Below, in pieces: positions 57,163 to 64,000 of a DNA stretch of 64,000 nucleotides. The position numbers were made by a program, and so were the translations under genes. How positions within the stretch are numbered: the first letter of the stretch is position 1; every line of letters starts with the position of its first letter. This stretch comes from Eledone cirrhosa. Taxonomy: Eukaryota. The notes under the pieces are model-generated. The model saw nothing but the letters and a program-made list of their open reading frames with translations. It did no database searches and was not told where the DNA came from. Location of the stretch: contig OZ024746.1 of the NCBI GenBank assembly GCA_964016885.1, forward strand, positions 15,686,001 to 15,750,000, read 5' to 3'.

Positions 57163-60100
57163 TAGTTTTCACAAGAGAAGTTAGTATGACAGTGATAGCA
57201 ACACATCCCAGTCTTTGGCACAATGCAATACAGAATGTTTACACAAGAGAAGTTAGTATGACAGTGATAGCAACACATCCCAGCCTTTGGCACAATGCAA
57301 TAGAGAATGTTTTCACAAGAGAAGTTAGTATGACAGTGATAGCAACACATCCCAGTCTTTGGCACAATGCAATACAGAATGTTTTCACAAGAGAAGTTAG
57401 TATGACAGTGATAGCAACACATCCCAGTCTTTGGCACAATGCAATACAGAATGTTTACACAAGAGAAGTTAGTATGACAGTGATAGCAACACATCCCAGT
57501 CTTTGGCACAATGCAATACAGAATGTTTACACAAGAGAAGTTAGTATGACAATGATAGCAACACATCCCAGTCTTTGGCACAATGCAATACAGAATGTTT
57601 ACACAAGAGAAGTTAGTATGACAGTGATAGCAACACATCCCAGCCTTTGGCACAATGCAATAGAGAATGTTTTCACAAGAGAAGTTAGTATGACAGTGAT
57701 AGCAACACATCCCAGTCTTTGGCACAATGCAATACAGAATGTTTTCACAAGAGAAGTTAGTATGACAGTGATAGCAACACATCCCAGCCTTTAGCACAAT
57801 GCAATACAGAATGTTTACACAAGAGAAGTTAGTATGACAGTGATAGCAACACATCCCAGTCTTTGGCACAATGCAATACAGAATGTTTACACAAGAGAAG
57901 TTAGTATGACAGTGATAGCAACACATCCCAGTATTTGGCACAATGCAATACAGAATGTTTACACAAGAGAAGTTAGTATGACAGTGATAGCAACACATCC
58001 CAGTCTTTGGCACAATGCAATACAGAATGTTTACACAAGAGAAGTTAGTATGACAGTGATAGCAACACATCCCAGTCTTTGGCACAATGCAATACAGAAT
58101 GTTTACACAAGAGAAGTTAGTATGACAGTGATAGCAACACATCCCAGCCTTTGGCACAATGCAATAGAGAATGTTTTCACAAGAGAAGTTAGTATGACAG
58201 TGATAGCAACACATCCCAGTCTTTGGCACAATGCAATACAGAATGTTTTCACAAGAGAAGTTAGTATGACAGTGATAGCAACACATCCCAGTCTTTGGCA
58301 CAATGCAATACAGAATGTTTACACAAGAGAAGTTAGTATGACAGTGATAGCAACACATCCCAGTCTTTGGCACAATGCAATACAGAATGTTTACACAAGA
58401 GAAGTTAGTATGACAGTGATAGCAACACATCCCAGTCTTTGGCACAATGCAATACAGAATGTTTACACAAGAGAAGTTAGTATGACAGTGATAGCAACAC
58501 ATCCCAGTCTTTGGCACAATGCAATACAGAATATTAGTTTACACAAGAGAAGTTAGTATGACAGTGATAGCAACACATCCCAGTCTTTGGCACAATGCAA
58601 TACAGAATGTTTACACAAGAGAAGTTAGTATGACAGTGATAGCAACACATCCCAGTCTTTGGCACAATGCAATACAGAATGTTTACACAAGAGAAGTTAG
58701 TATGACAGTGATAGCAACACATCCCAGTCTTTGGCACAATGCAATACAGAATGTTTACACAAGAGAAGTTAGTATGACAGTGATAGCAACACATCCCAGT
58801 CTTTGGCACAATGCAATACAGAATGTTTACACAAGAGAAGTTAGTATGACAGTGATAGCAACACATCCCAGCCTTTGGCACAATGCAATACAGAATGTTT
58901 ACACAAGAGAAGTTAGTATGACAGTGATAGCAACACATCCCAGTCTTTGGCACAATGCAATACAGAATGTTTTCACAAGAGAAGTTAGTATGACAGTGAT
59001 AGCAACACATCCCAGTCTTTGGCACAATGCAATACAGAATGTTTACACAAGAGAAGTTAGTATGACAGTGATAGCAACACATCCCAGTCTTTGGCACAAT
59101 GCAATACAGAATGTTTACACAAGAGAAGTTAGTATGACAGTGATAGCAACACATCCCAGTCTTTGGCACAATGCAATACAGAATGTTTACACAAGAGAAG
59201 TTAGTATGACAGTGATAGCAACACATCCCAGTCTTTGGCACAATGCAATACAGAATGTTTACACAAGAGAAGTTAGTATGACAGTGATAGCAACACATCC
59301 CAGTCTTTGGCACAATGCAATACAGAATGTTTACACAAGAGAAGTTAGTATGACAGTGATAGCAACACATCCCAGTCTTTGGCACAATGCAATACAGAAT
59401 GTTTACACAAGAGAAGTTAGTATGACAGTGATAGCAACACATCCCAGTCTTTGGCACAATGCAATACAGAATGTTTACACAAGAGAAGTTAGTATGACAG
59501 TGATACCAACACATCCCAGTCTTTGGCACAATGCAATACAGAATGTTTTCACAAGAGAAGTTAGTATGACAGTGATAGCAACACATCCCAGTCTTTGGCA
59601 CAATGCAATACAGAATGTTTACACAAGAGAAGTTAGTATGACAGTGATAGCAACACATCCCAGCCTTTGGCACAATGCAATAGAGAATGTTTTCACAAGA
59701 GAAGTTAGTATGACAGTGATAGCAACACATCCCAGTCTTTGGCACAATGCAATACAGAATGTTTTCACAAGAGAAGTTAGTATGACAGTGATAGCAACAC
59801 ATCCCAGTCTTTGGCACAATGCAATACAGAATGTTTACACAAGAGAAGTTAGTATGACAGTGATAGCAACACATCCCAGTCTTTGGCACAATGCAATACA
59901 GAATGTTTACACAAGAGAAGTTAGTATGACAGTGATAGCAACACATCCCAGTCTTTGGCACAATGCAATACAGAATGTTTACACAAGAGAAGTTAGTATG
60001 ACAGTGATAGCAACACATCCCAGTCTTTGGCACAATACAATACAGAATATTAGTTTACACAAGAGAAGTTAGTATGACAGTGATAGCAACACATCCCAGT

Positions 60101-61868
60101 CTTTGGCACAATGCAATACAGAATGTTTACACAAGAGAAGTTAGTATGACAGTGATAGCAACACATCCCAGTCTTTGGCACAATGCAATACAGAATGTTT
60201 ACACAAGATAAGTTAGTATGACAGTGATAGCAACACATCCCAGTCTTTGGCACAATGCAATACAGAATGTTTACACAAGAGAAGTTAGTATGACAGTGAT
60301 AGCAACACATCCCAGTCTTTGGCACAATGCAATACAGAATGTTTACACAAGAGAAGTTAGTATGACAGTGATAGCAACACATCCCAGTCTTTGGCACAAT
60401 GCAATACAGAATGTTTACACAAGAGAAGTTAGTATGACAGTGATAGCAACACATCCCAGCCTTTGGCACAATGCAATACAGAATGTTTACACAAGAGAAG
60501 TTAGTATGACAGTGATAGCAACACATCCCAGTCTTTGGCACAATGCAATACAGAATGTTTTCACAAGAGAAGTTAGTATGACAGTGATAGCAACACATCC
60601 CAGTCTTTGGCACAATGCAATACAGAATGTTTACACAAGAGAAGTTAGTATGACAGTGATAGCAACACATCCCAGTCTTTGGCACAATGCAATACAGAAT
60701 GTTTACACAAGAGAAGTTAGTATGACAGTGATAGCAACACATCCCAGTCTTTGGCACAATGCAATACAGAATGTTTACACAAGAGAAGTTAGTATGACAG
60801 TGATAGCAACACATCCCAGTCTTTGGCACAATGCAATACAGAATGTTTACACAAGAGAAGTTAGTATGACAGTGATAGCAACACATCCCAGTCTTTGGCA
60901 CAATGCAATACAGAATGTTTACACAAGAGAAGTTAGTATGACAGTGATAGCAACACATCCCAGTCTTTGGCACAATGCAATACAGAATGTTTACACAAGA
61001 GAAGTTAGTATGACATTGATAGCACCACATCCCAGTCTTTGGCACAATGCAATACAGAATGTTTACACAAGAGAAGTTAGTATGACAGTGATAGCAACAC
61101 ATCCCAGCCTTTGGCACAATGCAATACAGAATGTTTACACAAGAGAAGTTAGTATGACAGTGATAGCAACACATCCCAGTCTTTGGCACAATGCAATACA
61201 GAATGTTTACACAAGAGAAGTTAGTATGACAGTGATAGCAACACATCCCAGCCTTTGGCACAATGCAATAGAGAATGTTTTCACAAGAGAAGTTAGTATG
61301 ACAGTGATAGCAACACATCCCAGTCTTTGGCACAATGCAATACAGAATGTTTTCACAAGAGAAGTTAGTATGACAGTGATAGCAACACATCCCAGTCTTT
61401 GGCACAATGCAATACAGAATGTTTACACAAGAGAAGTTAGTATGACAGTGATAGCAACACATCCCAGTCTTTGGCACAATGCAATACAGAATGTTTACAC
61501 AAGAGAAGTTAGTATGACAGTGATAGCAACACATCCCAGTCTTTGGCACAATGCAATACAGAATGTTTACACAAGAGAAGTTAGTATGACAGTGATAGCA
61601 ACACATCCCAGCCTTTGGCACAATGCAATAAAGAATGTTTTCACAAGAGAAGTTAGTATGACAGTGATAGCAACACATCCCAGTCTTTGGCACAATGCAA
61701 TACAGAATGTTTACACAAGAGAAGTTAGTATGACAGTGATAGCAACACATCCCAGCCTTTGGCACAATGCAATACAGAATGTTTACACAAGAGAAGTTAG
61801 TATGACAGTGATAGCAACACATCCCAGCCTTTGGCACAATGCAATACAGAATGTTTTCACAAGAGAAG
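57163..61868. repeat. 72-bp satellite, ~65 highly homogeneous copies
   Basis: Unit ACAAGAGAAGTTAGTATGACAGTGATAGCAACACATCCCAGTCTTTGGCACAATGCAATACAGAATGTTTAC. Confidence 0.97.
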
Positions 61869-62354
61869 CAACAAAGCTACAGTTTCTCATATCAGTGCCA
61901 CTATGGAAATGGAAAACATGCGTCTGAGAGAGTCATGGTGGCTTTAACAAAGTCTTAATTAATGCATTCTTAATTAAAACTGAAAAGGAAAACAACTTGA
62001 TTGATAAGCTTTACTAATGATTAACATAGAATTATAATAACTGCTGAAAAGAGAGAGGAGAGAGATGATGGGACTGACGGATAGACTGACAATAGATAGA
62101 TACACTTATACCAATAGAGAGAGTAATACATACACACACATATACATTGATATACACAGACACCTACACACACATACACACACATACACACACACATGCG
62201 CATATACATACACACACATACACACACACATGCGCATATACATACACACACATGCACATACACATACACATATATAGGAAAAGGATACAGAAGGGAAATG
62301 AGATGGGGAAAATAGTTTGCCAAATAGATAGACATATCTGAGAGAAACAAATTG

Positions 62355-62393
<39 letters not shown>

Positions 62394-62395
<2 letters not shown>

Positions 62396-63060
62396 ATCAT
62401 CATCATCATCATCATCAACATTTTATGTCCATTTTACCATCTTTGCATGGGTTGGATGGGTCAGTCCAGTCCAGTACAGCCCATCTCCACTTGTTGAGCT
62501 CCTTTGTCATCTCCTCTGTGAGGTCCAGCATTTTAAGATCCTTTCTGAACACTTCTGTTCAGGTCTTCCTCAGTCTTTCTCTCACTGCGGCTTCCCTCTA
62601 GTGCTACATGTTGTAGCGGCCATCATCCGTACACATCACATGTTCATACCAGTGCTGTCTTCTCTCCTCTACACACATCTGATTCCACTTATACTAAGTT
62701 TCTCTCTCAGTTCTTCCAAGTTTTGATGTTTACATATATTAACATCCATCAGAGTATGTTCACTTCATTTCTCTTCAGCCTCCACATGTCCTCTGCATTC
62801 ACTGTCCATGTCTCACTCCAAGCAACATTATACTTCTCACATAGGCATCGTATATTCTATCCTTTGCTCAAAAAGAAAATCCCTTTATTGTCAACAGAGG
62901 TAGTAGCTTCCTGAAGCTTTTTTCAATCTTGTTATTATTTTAGCTACTATACTTTCAGAATAACTTCCTCCACTGCTAAATAGGGGACCTTAGGTAACAG
63001 AATCTATCAATAATTTCTATGGTACCTTCCTGGGACTGAGAGAGTATAATTTACTGGTGC
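62394..63060 (-). mobile_element. Old, decayed RTE LINE 3' part
   Basis: (ATC)n tail. The minus strand retains SETWTVNAEDMWRL.RNE and GGSYSESIVA, colinear with 35700-36200. Confidence 0.8.
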
Positions 63061-63859
63061 TCTTGCTACCAGGAGTTGAGACTAGTGGATAGCAACAATG
63101 GAAGGACCAATGGATATTTGTTTCCTTGGTTCAATTTGATAAGTTCCACCCCACCTGGTAAGCGAATGAGGGCCAGAATCCTGTCAATTAAACCCTACCA
63201 CCACCACCACCACCACCACCACCACCACCACCACCACTACTACCAACTATCTCTATACATCTGTCACATACAATGTCTACATTCCTGTTAGTCTGCCTGT
63301 AATCCCACTCCACCTCTACTGTGCCCCTATTTTACATTGTGAGACCATTGTAAGTCATGTACAGTGATACAGTCATCAAGGGATGGGGTAACAATGAGTT
63401 TAGCAAGGGGTTTAGTGTAGAGGGAAGAGGCTGAGTTCTCAGTCCTCCACTGCCATTTATTGTTCTCCAGATAATAACAGAGAATCTGAAAAATTTGAAT
63501 TGAGGTCTTAAAGTAAATCTAGGAAAAACAAGTTTCAGTTATATATGTATATATATATATGTATATATATATATGTATATATATTTGTATATGTATATAT
63601 GAATATATATATGTATATATATTCATATATACATATGTATATATGAATATATATATGTATATATATTCATATATACATATATATATGTACATATGTATAT
63701 ATGAATATATATATGTATATATATTCATATATATATATATGTACATATGTATATATAAATATATATATATTCACATATATACGTATATGTGTGTGTGTAT
63801 GTGTATATGTTTATATATATATATATGTGTGTATATATCACTATATGTATATAAATATA

Positions 63860-63906
<47 letters not shown>

Positions 63907-63909
<3 letters not shown>

Positions 63910-64000
63910 GAGGCACATGGCTTAGTGGTTAGAGCATTGGCCTTGCAATTGAAAGGTTGTGAGTTCAATTCTCAGACCGGATGATGTATTATTTCCTTGA
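63907..64000 (+). mobile_element. tRNA-derived SINE head (runs off the window)
   Basis: A box TGGCTTAGTGG, B box GAGTTCAATTCT; no complete cloverleaf. Confidence 0.7.

Noticed and set aside
57162-61927. 450-595 aa repeat proteins as CDS
   Set aside because: The unit length is divisible by 3, both strands are open, 4-bp insertions and a stop break the frames, and there are no unique termini.
63907-63980. tRNA gene
   Set aside because: A and B boxes are present but the acceptor stem is not formed; it is a SINE head.

Overview
Eukaryotic, AT-rich, repeat-saturated intergenic or intronic DNA. The microsatellite load, SINE types and RTE LINEs resemble a coleoid cephalopod such as Octopus; this is an inference. 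No host protein-coding gene can be confidently called, and most of the ORF track is microsatellite or minisatellite artefact. Supported content: a near-full-length RTE LINE (APE, RT, PHD-like finger) plus truncated copies; two decayed Penelope-like element (PLE) ORFs (RT GLYRDDG motif; one also with GIY-YIG); an internally deleted hAT element with TIRs and an 8-bp TSD; a mariner remnant; MITEs; non-autonomous Helitrons; many tRNA-SINEs; and several minisatellites (17, 35-41, 38, 50/69, 72 and 143 bp). The main unexplained structure is a dense set of hammerhead ribozyme (HHR) motifs. There are eight complete or near-complete type I motifs from about five sequence families, including U3-A8 core variants, plus four half-HHRs broken in stem II. 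They sit in short, often fold-back, PLE-tail elements inserted into (TA)n tracts.
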